From IMG/VR virus record IMGVR_UViG_3300021091_000050: a stretch of DNA of 64,000 nucleotides. One strand, 5' to 3'. The notes under the pieces are model-generated. The model saw only the letters and a program-made list of their open reading frames with translations, searched no databases and had not been told where the DNA came from. Positions 16,038-26,447 of this stretch are shown here, in pieces. This DNA comes from an uncultured virus (IMG/VR IMGVR_UViG_3300021091_000050) (lineage: Duplodnaviria; Heunggongvirae; Uroviricota; Caudoviricetes). Position 1 is the first letter of the stretch. Each line of letters begins with the position of its first letter. The position numbers were made by a program, and so were the translations under genes.

Positions 16038-16697
16038 TTAAGCTATGTTGTTATTAAGATTATTCAGAGGAATAATCGGTGCTTCGGCTGTGTTTGAACC
16101 AAGCAGTTCTTTGGCTTTTTGGATTTCAAGTTCTTTGAAATACTCGTTTAACTGAAGATTATAGTTGTGAATAATATCTGGAGTTGCAATCTGAATCCAA
16201 TAATTTTTTTGTTCTTCAATGATTTTTTTCTCAAATATTCTTTTCTTTGCCTTGTCCAAAGCACGTTGAATATCTTCTGCAAAGTCATCGTTTGTGAGGC
16301 AGAGATATCTAAAGGCTTTCTCAACTGCTGCTGTAAAAGCAGAACCTAGACTACAAGTATAAGAAGGAGCATAATTATTTAGCAACTCTTCTGCTTTATT
16401 ATCAATAATTGCCAAATCTACATAATCATCTAAATCTATATTTCTAAGATGACTTTCAATATCAAAGTTGTAACTCATCCAATTTTCAATATCATTGGTA
16501 ATATCTAAAGTTTCCACAACAGAATTATGAACAGACTCTGAAATTTCTTCTTTCAACTCATCTTTCATTTCATCAAAATTAATATGAGTAGTTACTTCAG
16601 TAGCAAGATGATCGTAATCAATTCTTTCATCAATGATATTGCCAATGTAAGTCTCGAAATCAGTTTCGCTTACGCTAATATTTGCATTAAAATCCAT
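16038..16697 (-). CDS. acidic hypothetical protein
   Basis: 219 aa; AAGG RBS. Confidence 0.75.
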   Translation of the reverse strand: MDFNANISVSETDFETYIGNIIDERIDYDHLATEVTTHINFDEMKDELKEEISESVHNSVVETLDITNDIENWMSYNFDIESHLRNIDLDDYVDLAIIDNKAEELLNNYAPSYTCSLGSAFTAAVEKAFRYLCLTNDDFAEDIQRALDKAKKRIFEKKIIEEQKNYWIQIATPDIIHNYNLQLNEYFKELEIQKAKELLGSNTAEAPIIPLNNLNNNIA

Positions 16698-16713
16698 TTT
16701 ATTTTTCCTTTAT

Positions 16714-17085
16714 CTAATTTTTAATAATTTGAATATAGTCAGTCCAGCCAATTAATTCACTTGCATATTGCCATAAATAACTACCTTTACGGACAGGTTT
16801 ATCTGCATAATCGAACCAGTCCTGATAGACATATTTCATACTTAATATTTCATTATCGTCATCGACCGTTACCTCAATCCAATCGGCAGGTCCACCCGTT
16901 GACAATAAAATTTTAATAACTCTATAGGAAGAAACTTCTAGTGCAAGACTTATAATTTCTTCATACCCCTCAGACGATATTTCTTCATTATCTGATGATA
17001 ATTTTTCATAAATTTCTTCAAGATCATTTTGTCTCGAAGACATTGCACCATCAATTCTTTCAGCACACGTTGGGTTAGATTCCAC
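16714..17085 (-). CDS. hypothetical phage protein
   Basis: LSTGGP motif; operon packing. Confidence 0.7.
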   Translation of the reverse strand: MESNPTCAERIDGAMSSRQNDLEEIYEKLSSDNEEISSEGYEEIISLALEVSSYRVIKILLSTGGPADWIEVTVDDDNEILSMKYVYQDWFDYADKPVRKGSYLWQYASELIGWTDYIQIIKN

Positions 17086-17263
17086 TTTTTATATCCTTTT
17101 CTGCTGATTCAATTCCTGATTCATACTCTTTTAATATGTCAACATTGAAGCGTTCATAGTATGCACCAATCATTGCTTCCGATGGAACTTCAATTTCATT
17201 TATTCTTTTGTGGTAATAACCAACAGCAAACCAATATTTCTGAGCGTATTTTGCCCCTTTCAT
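17075..17263 (-). CDS. hypothetical protein
   Basis: Operon packing. Confidence 0.6.
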   Translation of the reverse strand: MKGAKYAQKYWFAVGYYHKRINEIEVPSEAMIGAYYERFNVDILKEYESGIESAEKDIKSGI

Positions 17264-17463
17264 TACTCAACCTCTTCCAACTCAACAATATCTTGGGTTC
17301 TGCAATACCAACAAGTTGTTTCAATTGTTTTTCTGAATAGAAAGAATAGTTGTTCTTCTTCGTATTTTGCACAATTTGGGCACGTGAATTCGTTGAAGAA
17401 TTCATCAGGACCAGTGATTTCAATTTCATTACCAGATACCCCAGGCGGATAGTTTGAAGACAT
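17263..17463 (-). CDS. small Zn-ribbon protein
   Basis: NYPPGV start; CPNC, CWYC. Confidence 0.65.
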   Translation of the reverse strand: MSSNYPPGVSGNEIEITGPDEFFNEFTCPNCAKYEEEQLFFLFRKTIETTCWYCRTQDIVELEEVE

Positions 17464-17465
17464 TT

Positions 17466-18401
17466 TTACTTCCAGATTTTATTTACTTCAGTTGACATAT
17501 TGAAAGATTCAATTCTATTGACTCTTAACTTAGAGTTGTAACTTTCAACAATAATGAATGGAAGAGTCGTATACTTAATAGGGCCTGTATTACGAACATT
17601 CATGATTTTTGCTTGATTAAGCATTCCATCAATTGAGTTAAACTTTTTGAGAGTATTTACAATCCTGTCTCCATCAATTGCTTTGCCATACTTCTTAAAT
17701 ATTATTGCAAGCGCAGTAACTGCATCGACATTGAATGAAGAAGAATGTTCACCAAAAGCACTCTTTAATGATATTAGAGCATACCCAGTATTTAGATGAC
17801 CGGCATTTTTATAAATTTCTTTAAGCGTTCCAATGCCGCGAACGACACCATTACCAGGAGCATTAGATGCTTTTAATCCAAGACTTGAAAGAATGGAATT
17901 AAGACCCATAGCATCCTTATCATTTGCTGCAACTTGTGCTTTAAAAATATCAGAAGTTTTCGGCTTCGTCCTGTCTTGATTAATCAATGTAAAAATTCTT
18001 GCCTCATCTTCAATAGAAAGATTAAAATAGACAAGAGCATTTACAGTTTTATTTTCAAAACCAAGAAGCCGCAATGCTGCTATTCTATGACCACCGTCAA
18101 TTATTGCAATAACATTGTCTTCACGCGCTGAACAGATAATAATACCAAATGCATCAGGATCAAAATTCCGAGCAATGCTTGAAACTTTTACTTCATTAGG
18201 AAACCTCTGATAAGTTGAATCCAAATACAAATCACTTACTTTAACAAGTGACTCCATTGTTGAATACGAACCATCATCAAAAGATTTTGCTCCTTTGACT
18301 ATATTTTTTCTAGTGACAATAGGTACATGAAGATTATTTTTTACTTCTGACTTTGAAAGTTTCCCATCGAAGTTCAGTTCAACTTTGTTTTGGCTTTTCA
18401 T
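17466..18401 (-). CDS. ParB/sulfiredoxin-like domain protein
   Basis: YQR and IIDGGHR motifs; EA.IF..IN. Confidence 0.8.
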   Translation of the reverse strand: MKSQNKVELNFDGKLSKSEVKNNLHVPIVTRKNIVKGAKSFDDGSYSTMESLVKVSDLYLDSTYQRFPNEVKVSSIARNFDPDAFGIIICSAREDNVIAIIDGGHRIAALRLLGFENKTVNALVYFNLSIEDEARIFTLINQDRTKPKTSDIFKAQVAANDKDAMGLNSILSSLGLKASNAPGNGVVRGIGTLKEIYKNAGHLNTGYALISLKSAFGEHSSSFNVDAVTALAIIFKKYGKAIDGDRIVNTLKKFNSIDGMLNQAKIMNVRNTGPIKYTTLPFIIVESYNSKLRVNRIESFNMSTEVNKIWK

Positions 18402-18402
18402 T

Positions 18403-18747
18403 TCACTCTCCTGTGAAAATTGTGTTTTTGAATATTTCTTTTACTTCAGTAACGCTTTTGTTTACAAACAAAGATGCTTGCAACTTTGTAATTTTTTTGA
18501 TTTTTAAATTCTTTTTTATAGATGATCTTTCTTTTGAAGAAAATGAACCCCAAATTCCATAAACTTCTTCATTATTAATTGCAAAGGTAAGACAGTCAGC
18601 AACAACTGTGCACGCTAAACACATTGCTTTTGCTTGAATTGAACTTTTTTTATTACTGATAGGTGAGTTTGTTTCTGCAAAAAAGATTTCTCCTTTGCCT
18701 ATACATAAAGCTTCATCCATCCAATTGTTATTGCTAACTGTCATCAA
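18403..18747 (-). CDS. whiB: WhiB-family transcription factor
   Basis: W...ALC, FF, AKAMCLAC.V..DC, GIWG....ER. Confidence 0.92.
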   Translation of the reverse strand: MMTVSNNNWMDEALCIGKGEIFFAETNSPISNKKSSIQAKAMCLACTVVADCLTFAINNEEVYGIWGSFSSKERSSIKKNLKIKKITKLQASLFVNKSVTEVKEIFKNTIFTGE

Positions 18748-18752
18748 ACCTC

Positions 18753-19100
18753 CTACTGATTTTTTTCAAAACTATTAATCATTGGAATAATTACATTATT
18801 ATCAAATTGTTCAAGATAAGATTCTTTATTATTTTGTATAACTTTAAACAGCGCAATTACGTGCGAACAAAGTGCACTAATTACATCAAGAGATTTATCA
18901 TCATACTCTTTCCCCTCATCAACTGCTGCATTAATCATATGCATAATAAATGCAGCAGTTTGACTAGGGTCCTCAAAATTTGTATCTTTAATAATACGAG
19001 TTACTGTAATGAAGCGATTGAGAAATTCATTGTCATCATCATTCAGACTCATAACGTGATTGCTTGTATTCAAATTATCAAAATCATCCATGTCAAACAT
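18753..19100 (-). CDS. hypothetical protein
   Basis: Operon packing. Confidence 0.65.
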   Translation of the reverse strand: MFDMDDFDNLNTSNHVMSLNDDDNEFLNRFITVTRIIKDTNFEDPSQTAAFIMHMINAAVDEGKEYDDKSLDVISALCSHVIALFKVIQNNKESYLEQFDNNVIIPMINSFEKNQ

Positions 19101-19600
19101 TAGTACCAAATTTCCGAGCCATTTGCGTTTTTACTAATAAATTCTAACCACCATGAAGCATAAATCCAATCATTGATAAGACTATTTTCTTCTTCAAGAT
19201 TTCCTTTAACTTCACTGTAATTCTTTACATAATTAATCCACTCTTCTGTATAATCTCTCATTGTCCACGAAAGATTTAGACAGTAACTTTCAGAAAGTCC
19301 TTCACCATCATCTGTTCCTTCCCCATAAAAAGCTGAACTATCATATGGAAAATCAGAATTGAAATTTGACATACTGCCAGTAAGATAATTTCCATACTTA
19401 CCTCTATACCAACAATCTGTACCAAACATTCCTAAAGTTGCTGCTGCATCTTTAGTAAGAGGATTTGATTCTTTTTGATTTTTCCAAGGACAACCTCCAC
19501 TCTTTTGAGTTTGTTGACAATCAATTTGTTCTTCTTCATTTATAATAGCTGTACCATGTTTTTTACATGGATATACTTTTGGTATGTTGTCAAGTCCCAT
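19100..19600 (-). CDS. hypothetical protein
   Basis: MGLD start; operon packing. Confidence 0.7.
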   Translation of the reverse strand: MGLDNIPKVYPCKKHGTAIINEEEQIDCQQTQKSGGCPWKNQKESNPLTKDAAATLGMFGTDCWYRGKYGNYLTGSMSNFNSDFPYDSSAFYGEGTDDGEGLSESYCLNLSWTMRDYTEEWINYVKNYSEVKGNLEEENSLINDWIYASWWLEFISKNANGSEIWY

Positions 19601-20022
19601 TATGCAATTAACTTTCTCAAATGATCCATCAAAGGACCACTTGCTGTGACATCTTCATCAAATATAGAATCTTCACCACTAATTTCGAGTGCGGAACCAA
19701 TAATCTTTGAATCCTTTACAGAAGCAGCAAGCATTAAACGTACTCGTCTACGTTCTGGATTTTTACTTGGTGCTATTTCTTCATCACTATCATTATTAAT
19801 TGGCGCAGCCCAGCCATAAGTAATAAGGCCAAGATAATCGAAACTGGCATGGAGTTTGTCGTCATCAACATCATCAATTAGTGAATAAATATCACCATGT
19901 TGGTGAATTAATTTAAATTCAAATTGATTATTAAGACTATTAAGCCCATACATTTTTGCATTTTTTTCATTACGATCAAACAAAAGTGTTTCGTGGATTT
20001 GTTCAAGAATTGTATTGTTCAT
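19600..20022 (-). CDS. hypothetical protein
   Basis: GWAAP..PS..PERRRVRL motif. Confidence 0.7.
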   Translation of the reverse strand: MNNTILEQIHETLLFDRNEKNAKMYGLNSLNNQFEFKLIHQHGDIYSLIDDVDDDKLHASFDYLGLITYGWAAPINNDSDEEIAPSKNPERRRVRLMLAASVKDSKIIGSALEISGEDSIFDEDVTASGPLMDHLRKLIA

Positions 20023-20600
20023 TCGCTTTCTTCTTCCTTTGAGTAGTATTCGTATAAGTATTCTTCATCAAAATAATTAGATATAATGTCTCCCTCTGTT
20101 CTTTCGACTTCTTGTCCATTAGCCCAAATATTTCTACCACAAAATCCCATTCCTGGTTCTTCATAATAAAGACAGAATATAAGATTAGGATAATCGCCTG
20201 AGGCTTTGTTGAACAAATCTAATGCAGGACCCCATGCTGTATCAAAATTAAATCCAATACTGGCAATACCACCACGTTCAGAAACATGCTTTTCTTGAGC
20301 AACAAACAAATTGCTTTCTTGCCATTTGGTTCCCCAATTGTCAATTCGCCAACTATACCAATCAGCATAACCATACTTTTCCAGGTTAGCTTTTTGTTCA
20401 TCTGTTGGATTCATTGGAGCATTACCAATTAGCAAATCAGCAGGTGTTGGATAAAAGTTTTCAAAGAGACAATATCCATCTACAGATTTGTATTCCTTTT
20501 CAGAAAGGTGACTTGGGACTTCTTTGATTTTAGAAATCAAAATATCTAAGTCTTTTTCTTTACCAGCAATTACTAAATGATTTTCACACCAATTAGGCAT
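20019..20600 (-). CDS. DUF1281/YubB ferredoxin-like domain protein
   Basis: MPNWCEN, NWGTKW, FDTAW, YEEPG..FCG. Confidence 0.8.
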   Translation of the reverse strand: MPNWCENHLVIAGKEKDLDILISKIKEVPSHLSEKEYKSVDGYCLFENFYPTPADLLIGNAPMNPTDEQKANLEKYGYADWYSWRIDNWGTKWQESNLFVAQEKHVSERGGIASIGFNFDTAWGPALDLFNKASGDYPNLIFCLYYEEPGMGFCGRNIWANGQEVERTEGDIISNYFDEEYLYEYYSKEEESE

Positions 20601-20767
20601 TATTATTCTCCCTTTTAAATATAATCTTTGTCTGTAGTTGATGATTTTAAATATTAAAGTTGTAATTCATTTATTTATCTTCTTTATTTCGATAATGATA
20701 ATTTTTAATTAAAAACATTAAAGAGATTCCAATTGAAATTAATGATATGACTAATGTAGTTTTCATA

Positions 20768-21457
20768 TTAATCAAAAAGTGAAAGTTGATTTTTATTTGC
20801 TATGATTATTTTAATGTTTGTAAGTTCTTTTTGATTTGTCCATTCATCCCATTCCTCTATTGATTCAAGATTCCACAATTCTAAGTGATAAACGGCGGTT
20901 AAGATTTCATCATCACTTGGATAAACATCGGCATCCACATCAACACAAATTCCTAGTTCATCCGACAAATATCTGTAGACTTGAGAAGACCAAGATTCAA
21001 TGTTCGTATCAACCATTGATTTAATTGAGAAATGAAGATCTTCTAATGCATTAATTGCAGCATCATATGATCTTTCACTATATTCTCCATCATCCCATAC
21101 TGGGTAATCCAGTAGTTCGTCTTTACAAGACATAGCTTTTATGAAAGCTTTTGTAATATTGTCTTCTGTTATTTGTTTGTTTTCTTTTAGAACACGAACA
21201 CACAACCTATCGACATGACCTACAGCCCAATGATTATAAGTTTCAATTCTAAAATCATCAGGGAATTCTGCCATTAATTCTCTAGACATTAAATCAAAGT
21301 TCATTTCATCTAGAATGCTAGAGTCTCTGTTTTTGTCAATACCACAAAAACCCCAGGTTACAAACATATCATTTGAACCCCAGTAACCGAAGTCCTCTGG
21401 TTTCTCAATAGCATCATTTGCACACCGTAAAAGGTTTTCAGAATAGGACCAATTCAT
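20768..21457 (-). CDS. hypothetical phage protein
   Basis: 229 aa; HWAVG motif. Confidence 0.75.
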   Translation of the reverse strand: MNWSYSENLLRCANDAIEKPEDFGYWGSNDMFVTWGFCGIDKNRDSSILDEMNFDLMSRELMAEFPDDFRIETYNHWAVGHVDRLCVRVLKENKQITEDNITKAFIKAMSCKDELLDYPVWDDGEYSERSYDAAINALEDLHFSIKSMVDTNIESWSSQVYRYLSDELGICVDVDADVYPSDDEILTAVYHLELWNLESIEEWDEWTNQKELTNIKIIIANKNQLSLFD

Positions 21458-21460
21458 TCT

Positions 21461-22084
21461 TTAATCTTCGTTTCCGTTGGGGGGGATTACCAACCATTCA
21501 TTTTGTTCGTCATTAATATTGTTATATCCATTAAGTTTTAGTTCACCATTAGCAATACGCCTTAAAACATCTGCTGCGTGCTTATTGTCAATATTCCAAC
21601 TTTCATTTATCATTGGCAGAAATTCAAACTTGTATTCTTCTTTGACTTGAGTCCAGATAGATTCGACTCCGCAAAAGAAAAGATTTGTCGCTTCTTGATC
21701 ATTTAGACCAAGATATTCTGTAGCAAAGTTTCCGACACTATGAGAATTATAGTCTGTATCACACATTTCTAAAAATTCATCATATTTTTTTCTATCTTCG
21801 TAATAGAAAGTTGTTGCAGCCCAGCCAGCAATACATGCTGTTGTACCACAATTCAATTGTTTAGGGAAAGCATCACGAGTAAAGTTTTGAATATCAAACA
21901 TTTCATTACATGGAGAGTCTTCCCAATAATCTCTAGAGTCATATTCAATTATTTCATTAGTATCTGTATCGCATTCTTGAACCGTATCTTCAAAGTAATT
22001 GCCAAACCATGCACCCATATGAAATTGTTCTTTTGGAGCATTTTCAATATAGTCTGCAACTTTGAGCATATTCTCTACATTCAT
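21461..22084 (-). CDS. hypothetical protein, paralog of 22741-23322
   Basis: CGTTACIAGWA. Confidence 0.8.
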   Translation of the reverse strand: MNVENMLKVADYIENAPKEQFHMGAWFGNYFEDTVQECDTDTNEIIEYDSRDYWEDSPCNEMFDIQNFTRDAFPKQLNCGTTACIAGWAATTFYYEDRKKYDEFLEMCDTDYNSHSVGNFATEYLGLNDQEATNLFFCGVESIWTQVKEEYKFEFLPMINESWNIDNKHAADVLRRIANGELKLNGYNNINDEQNEWLVIPPNGNED

Positions 22085-22336
22085 TGTTTTCTCCTAACTT
22101 TGAGTATATTTTCTACATTCATTGTTTTCTCTGTTTCAGTTATTCTTCTCGCCAAATTGAATTTTGCAAAATGATAGATTTATTTTGGACTGGAGCAGGT
22201 TCAGATTTATTTGAAAACAAACAAGGCTCAGATTCCATCATCAATTTAATTAAAAGATTTGGTTGAACATTTATAATTTTTAATTCTTTTTGCTGTTCTT
22301 TAGCATATTCTTCTATGTCATAAGTATCTCTGCTGG

Positions 22337-22534
22337 TCATTTTGATTTTGCTTTCTGTATAGAAGAAACAACACCATTGGGTGAAACTTCCCAAGGTTTG
22401 GATTTCTTTGGTTTTGTTTCTTTTAAAAACCGTTGTTCAGTAGCAGACATACCATAAAGAATTGCTCCTGTAAAAGCAATAAGAAAAATCACCGCTCCAA
22501 AACAAAAAAGAGTTGCTTCAGACACGATTACCAA
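22337..22534 (-). CDS. small membrane protein
   Basis: One hydrophobic helix. Confidence 0.6.
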   Translation of the reverse strand: MVIVSEATLFCFGAVIFLIAFTGAILYGMSATEQRFLKETKPKKSKPWEVSPNGVVSSIQKAKSK

Positions 22535-22719
22535 TCCCTATCTTTTAATGCAAGCATAAAAGTACCAAGAGCAAGAATTGATGGCACCCAAATACCAACA
22601 TAAATGCCATTAAGTTTATCTTCGTTAGTGTCACTACTGAAGAATAGTGAAATGCTCAAAATCAAGCCAGCAAATGCTGCAAGAATTGTTGTTGATTTAA
22701 GTATCTTTGTAGGTTTCAT
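22528..22719 (-). CDS. small two-TM membrane protein
   Basis: Two hydrophobic helices; GIYVGIWVPSIL. Confidence 0.7.
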   Translation of the reverse strand: MKPTKILKSTTILAAFAGLILSISLFFSSDTNEDKLNGIYVGIWVPSILALGTFMLALKDRDW

Positions 22720-22740
22720 TTTTTTCTCCGTTTTGTTTAG

Positions 22741-23322
22741 TTATTGATAATAGCCATCAAGGTCGTATTCAATTTGTTCATTTTCACTGATAATGGTATC
22801 TACATAGGCATTAGACAAATCAATTTCTTTATTTGCAATTCTTCTCAAAAGATGAACAACATCTTTCTTTGGGAAAACCCAACTATCGGTATTACCTGTA
22901 TCAAAATCCCAATCGTATTCATCCCGAAAGGCATGCCAAATAGAAGGATTTTCACAATAAAATAAGTTGCCGTATTCTTCAACACCAAGATCTAGATAAT
23001 TAATCGCGGTATCTAAAACATTTAAACCAGCAACGTAAGTTTTGATATCATTGTCTATCAGATAGGAATAAAAAGCCCAACCTGCAATACAAGCAGTAGT
23101 TCCGCAATGCATTCCAAGAATTTCAAATGAACCTGTTTTGTCATCTATTTCAATCTCAAGGACACTTGTTTCACCTTCAACAATTTGTTCCAATGTAGTG
23201 ATTGCAGTTGCTTCATATTCATCTGTATTAATGTACTTGCCGAACCATGAGCCCATATGAATTTCTTCATTTGGTGAATTTGCAATAAGGTCAGCAACTT
23301 TTAAAATGTTTTCTTTATTCAC
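22741..23322 (-). CDS. hypothetical protein, paralog of 21461-22084
   Basis: CGTTACIAGWA. Confidence 0.8.
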   Translation of the reverse strand: MNKENILKVADLIANSPNEEIHMGSWFGKYINTDEYEATAITTLEQIVEGETSVLEIEIDDKTGSFEILGMHCGTTACIAGWAFYSYLIDNDIKTYVAGLNVLDTAINYLDLGVEEYGNLFYCENPSIWHAFRDEYDWDFDTGNTDSWVFPKKDVVHLLRRIANKEIDLSNAYVDTIISENEQIEYDLDGYYQ

Positions 23323-23669
23323 AAAACACCTGCTTTCTGTAATTCTTCCAATGCTTCATTATCCCAATGCTCTGGGAGATTTTTATCAATTACATCAAAA
23401 ACATAATTATAGCCAGATTCGTTGTCATCTACATATTTTGCAACAACTTCACCGTATTGACCAAAATCATGTTCAAACCATTTAATTGAAAACTGAACAT
23501 CATGTTCTTCTGCTTCTGGAAAAATTCTCTCAAGCTGATTGATATACGCTTCCATTTCGATTTTTGCAATTCTTTTAAAATCGTCATGGTTTATTTGTAC
23601 ACAATCTTCTTCACAAGGAACAGGACCAAGTGTATTATAATCAACTCTTGATTTAGCCATTCTAATCAC
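23319..23669 (-). CDS. hypothetical phage protein
   Basis: P.EE.CVQ, HDFG.Y.EV. Confidence 0.75.
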   Translation of the reverse strand: MIRMAKSRVDYNTLGPVPCEEDCVQINHDDFKRIAKIEMEAYINQLERIFPEAEEHDVQFSIKWFEHDFGQYGEVVAKYVDDNESGYNYVFDVIDKNLPEHWDNEALEELQKAGVL

Positions 23670-23844
23670 CTAATTCTTTGTAGTAGTTAATCCATTTATT
23701 TATAATTGAACGTAGCGTTATATTGTTATAAATATCATGTTCGTATCCATCAGAGATGCTTTTCCAATCAAAAATTTCTGGATTCAAGCCCTCATTTAAT
23801 GCTAACTCTGTTAGTTGTTTTTCAAAAATTTCCCAGTTATCCAT
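23662..23844 (-). CDS. hypothetical protein
   Basis: Operon packing. Confidence 0.55.
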   Translation of the reverse strand: MDNWEIFEKQLTELALNEGLNPEIFDWKSISDGYEHDIYNNITLRSIINKWINYYKELGD

Positions 23845-23986
23845 TAGTATCCACCACCGCTTTCTTCATCTTCAAAATAGTAAGTATTGCTTGGATAAAC
23901 AGATTGGTCATAACAAACTGGACAAATATTATCGTCAGGTTCTTCTTCAAACACTTCGTAACAAATGAGGCATTTATAAACTTTCA

Positions 23987-24181
23987 TCAACGCCCCCATC
24001 TAAAAACTGCCATTTCCAATTCCCATTCCTCAAAATCAAAATTGTAAGCAATGTCATAATTAATGTCGTATATTGGCAGTTTTTCTCTTTCAGGGAATTT
24101 AATTGGATTGGCAGAACCAAACTTATCGCGGATTTCTTTACGCCAAGAGTTGAGCATTTTTTCTGAAATATTGTTTTTCAC
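23987..24181 (-). CDS. hypothetical protein
   Basis: Operon packing. Confidence 0.55.
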   Translation of the reverse strand: MKNNISEKMLNSWRKEIRDKFGSANPIKFPEREKLPIYDINYDIAYNFDFEEWELEMAVFRWGR

Positions 24182-24423
24182 TTATTTACCACCTTATGAA
24201 TATCGATTCTTGCATCATACTTAAGTCTATAATTTGTACTAGATTCAGCAACAAAAGACTTTTCTATATTAGGAAGTTCATCTCTACTAATGAACAAAAT
24301 TGTATCTTCAATTGCAATATCTAGGCGATAGCCATCGTATGAAAGAAATTCTTTAACTGCTTGTTCAATTGAATCATGTTCTTCTATTTGTCCGTATTGA
24401 TTTCTTGTATAAAACTCAGTCAT
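24178..24423 (-). CDS. hypothetical protein
   Basis: Start revised to MTEFY after AGGAG RBS. Confidence 0.65.
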   Translation of the reverse strand: MTEFYTRNQYGQIEEHDSIEQAVKEFLSYDGYRLDIAIEDTILFISRDELPNIEKSFVAESSTNYRLKYDARIDIHKVVNK

Positions 24424-24424
24424 T

Positions 24425-24790
24425 TTATTTACTCCTTTTATCAAAGTGATCTTTTGTGCCATAAATTGTTTCTGTTGTCCCCTCTTCAAAAGTCCAAGAG
24501 TATTCGCAACACAATGGATAATCGTTTGCTCTATACGAAACAGAATGCCAACCTTTTTGATTAGCGTACTTTGGAATCATTCTAATTAGCTTCAAAGAAC
24601 AATCATGGCAAAGAGTAATTTTCTTTTGACAACTGTTCTCAATATCATCATGGAACAATCCATAACCACCAATTAAATATACATCCAATCCTCTTTCTGG
24701 AGTTGGAGCATTGAATTCATCTACTTCATATTGTTTTTGACACATGTCGCATATTGTTATATTCATGCCCTTTTCCTTTTTCCTTCCCAC
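24425..24790 (-). CDS. hypothetical Zn-binding protein
   Basis: CDMC...CHDC. Confidence 0.65.
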   Translation of the reverse strand: MGRKKEKGMNITICDMCQKQYEVDEFNAPTPERGLDVYLIGGYGLFHDDIENSCQKKITLCHDCSLKLIRMIPKYANQKGWHSVSYRANDYPLCCEYSWTFEEGTTETIYGTKDHFDKRSK

Positions 24791-24793
24791 AGT

Positions 24794-25027
24794 TCAAAGT
24801 TCATTTATGACTTTAACAAAGTCATTTGCTTTTGACCAAAAAACTCTAACTTGAAGATTGTTATAGTGAGCAGATTTACGAATTGCTTTATTAACATCTT
24901 CTTTTTCTTCTTTAGAAGAAGCTGTTATTTCAATTTGCATACATTCACCAACTCGAATTGCAGATACTTTTCGATGAATGTATTTTTCTAAGTCTGTGCT
25001 AAATTCAACATACTTTTGCATCGTCAA
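24794..25027 (-). CDS. hypothetical protein, possible distant relative of family A
   Basis: AIRKSA...LQVRVFWS resembles family A C-terminus. Confidence 0.6.
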   Translation of the reverse strand: MTMQKYVEFSTDLEKYIHRKVSAIRVGECMQIEITASSKEEKEDVNKAIRKSAHYNNLQVRVFWSKANDFVKVINEL

Positions 25028-25039
25028 ATTTACCTTTCT

Positions 25040-25417
25040 TTATTGTGGATATTCATCATAGTCATTTTCAAGCTGAACACAAAGATAGTCTTTGTCAAGA
25101 CAGTCTTGACAAAGATTTATTTCATGCTTTGGGCTTCGATAATTTGCAATTGCCATTTCTTTGTATGTCTTTGTTTGAAGACATTCATGACAAACGCATT
25201 CTTTGTTTGCAAGATTTTTTTTGAAATACCTTGCTCGTTGTTTTGCATTTTTGGAATTACGCTTACGCTCTGATTCAATTTTTTCAAGCATTTCAGAAAT
25301 CAGTTGAGCTTTGAGTTTGGTTTTTTCAGCCCTTGTCAAGGTTTTAATGTATTCAACTCTGAGCCCTTTTGTTTTCATGAAGCTAATGATTTGATCTGAA
25401 GTGAATTTATTATTCAT
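25040..25417 (-). CDS. hypothetical protein with C-terminal CxxC pairs
   Basis: CHEC, CQDC. Confidence 0.65.
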   Translation of the reverse strand: MNNKFTSDQIISFMKTKGLRVEYIKTLTRAEKTKLKAQLISEMLEKIESERKRNSKNAKQRARYFKKNLANKECVCHECLQTKTYKEMAIANYRSPKHEINLCQDCLDKDYLCVQLENDYDEYPQ

Positions 25418-25737
25418 GATTGTTTCTCCACATTCTTTACTGCTCGGTACATCTCAACTGTTTTTTCAATCAATTCGATTGCGCGATGATTGAAACCACC
25501 AATATGCCAATAATATTTGCCATACGGTGTCTCACACATTTTCCAATCGTAAATGGTTGCAATTGTCCCATCTTCAAATTGAACTACCCATTCGCAAGTT
25601 ACTTTTTCAAAGGAATAATCTTGAGGGCCATAATTTGGTTTACCAAAAATTTCAACAATTTCATCAAATGTTGATTGGACATAGCCTTGAAGACAAGTAC
25701 CATTTGCTTTAATATTTTCTGCTGTATTAAATTTCAT
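25414..25737 (-). CDS. conserved phage protein
   Basis: KVT.EW, ATIYDWK, WHIGG motifs. Confidence 0.75.
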   Translation of the reverse strand: MKFNTAENIKANGTCLQGYVQSTFDEIVEIFGKPNYGPQDYSFEKVTCEWVVQFEDGTIATIYDWKMCETPYGKYYWHIGGFNHRAIELIEKTVEMYRAVKNVEKQS

Positions 25738-26039
25738 TATTTTCTCCAGTTTTCAATGACATAGGCATTAATTTTTTTATCAATAGTTTCACAATGAAAT
25801 GGGTCATAAGGAGTTGAACGAATTTCATTTGCAAGTTTTGGATTAACTTGCCTAAGGACATTGAAATAAGTTTGCCCCTCTTTACATTTTGGATTTTCAA
25901 GTTTTGCTTGTTCAAATTTTGTCGCAAAAATTGAAAACTCAAAGAAAACATCGTACAAATCTTCAATTTCTTTTTCTGTCATGTGTACTTCTTTATTTCG
26001 AATTTTTCTTATAATTTTTTCAAAGTTATCATCATTCAT
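25737..26039 (-). CDS. hypothetical protein
   Basis: GQTYFN..DPF; operon packing. Confidence 0.7.
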   Translation of the reverse strand: MNDDNFEKIIRKIRNKEVHMTEKEIEDLYDVFFEFSIFATKFEQAKLENPKCKEGQTYFNVLRQVNPKLANEIRSTPYDPFHCETIDKKINAYVIENWRK

Positions 26040-26048
26040 TTTTTTCCC

Positions 26049-26276
26049 CTAATCGTTTGTAATCAAGTCATTTCTGACATTGAGAGTTTTTAATTCATCT
26101 TTTTTAATCCAGAAATAGTTGCTCTTATGCAAAAGAGCGGGAGTATAGATTTTTCTAAACTCCCGCTCTGACTTATCAAGTCCTATTTTTTGACAGGTTT
26201 CTGATAAACAATACTCATAGCCTGCTTCTAATCGTTCATCAATGAATTCCGACGAACAATAAATACAAATTGCCAT
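26049..26276 (-). CDS. small Zn-finger protein
   Basis: CIYC...ERL.AGY..C...C. Confidence 0.65.
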   Translation of the reverse strand: MAICIYCSSEFIDERLEAGYEYCLSETCQKIGLDKSEREFRKIYTPALLHKSNYFWIKKDELKTLNVRNDLITND

Positions 26277-26447
26277 TTGAATTACCTCATTGCTTCCCTA
26301 CGAATATCTTTGAGTTTATCTGGGTAACTATGCCATTCTTTTGCAGCATCAAAACCAACGCCTTCACCTGGATGATTATCTTTGATAATCTTTTCAAGAG
26401 CAATCATTTCTTTGATTTTCTCTTGTTCTTTTTTGCTCAGTATCATT

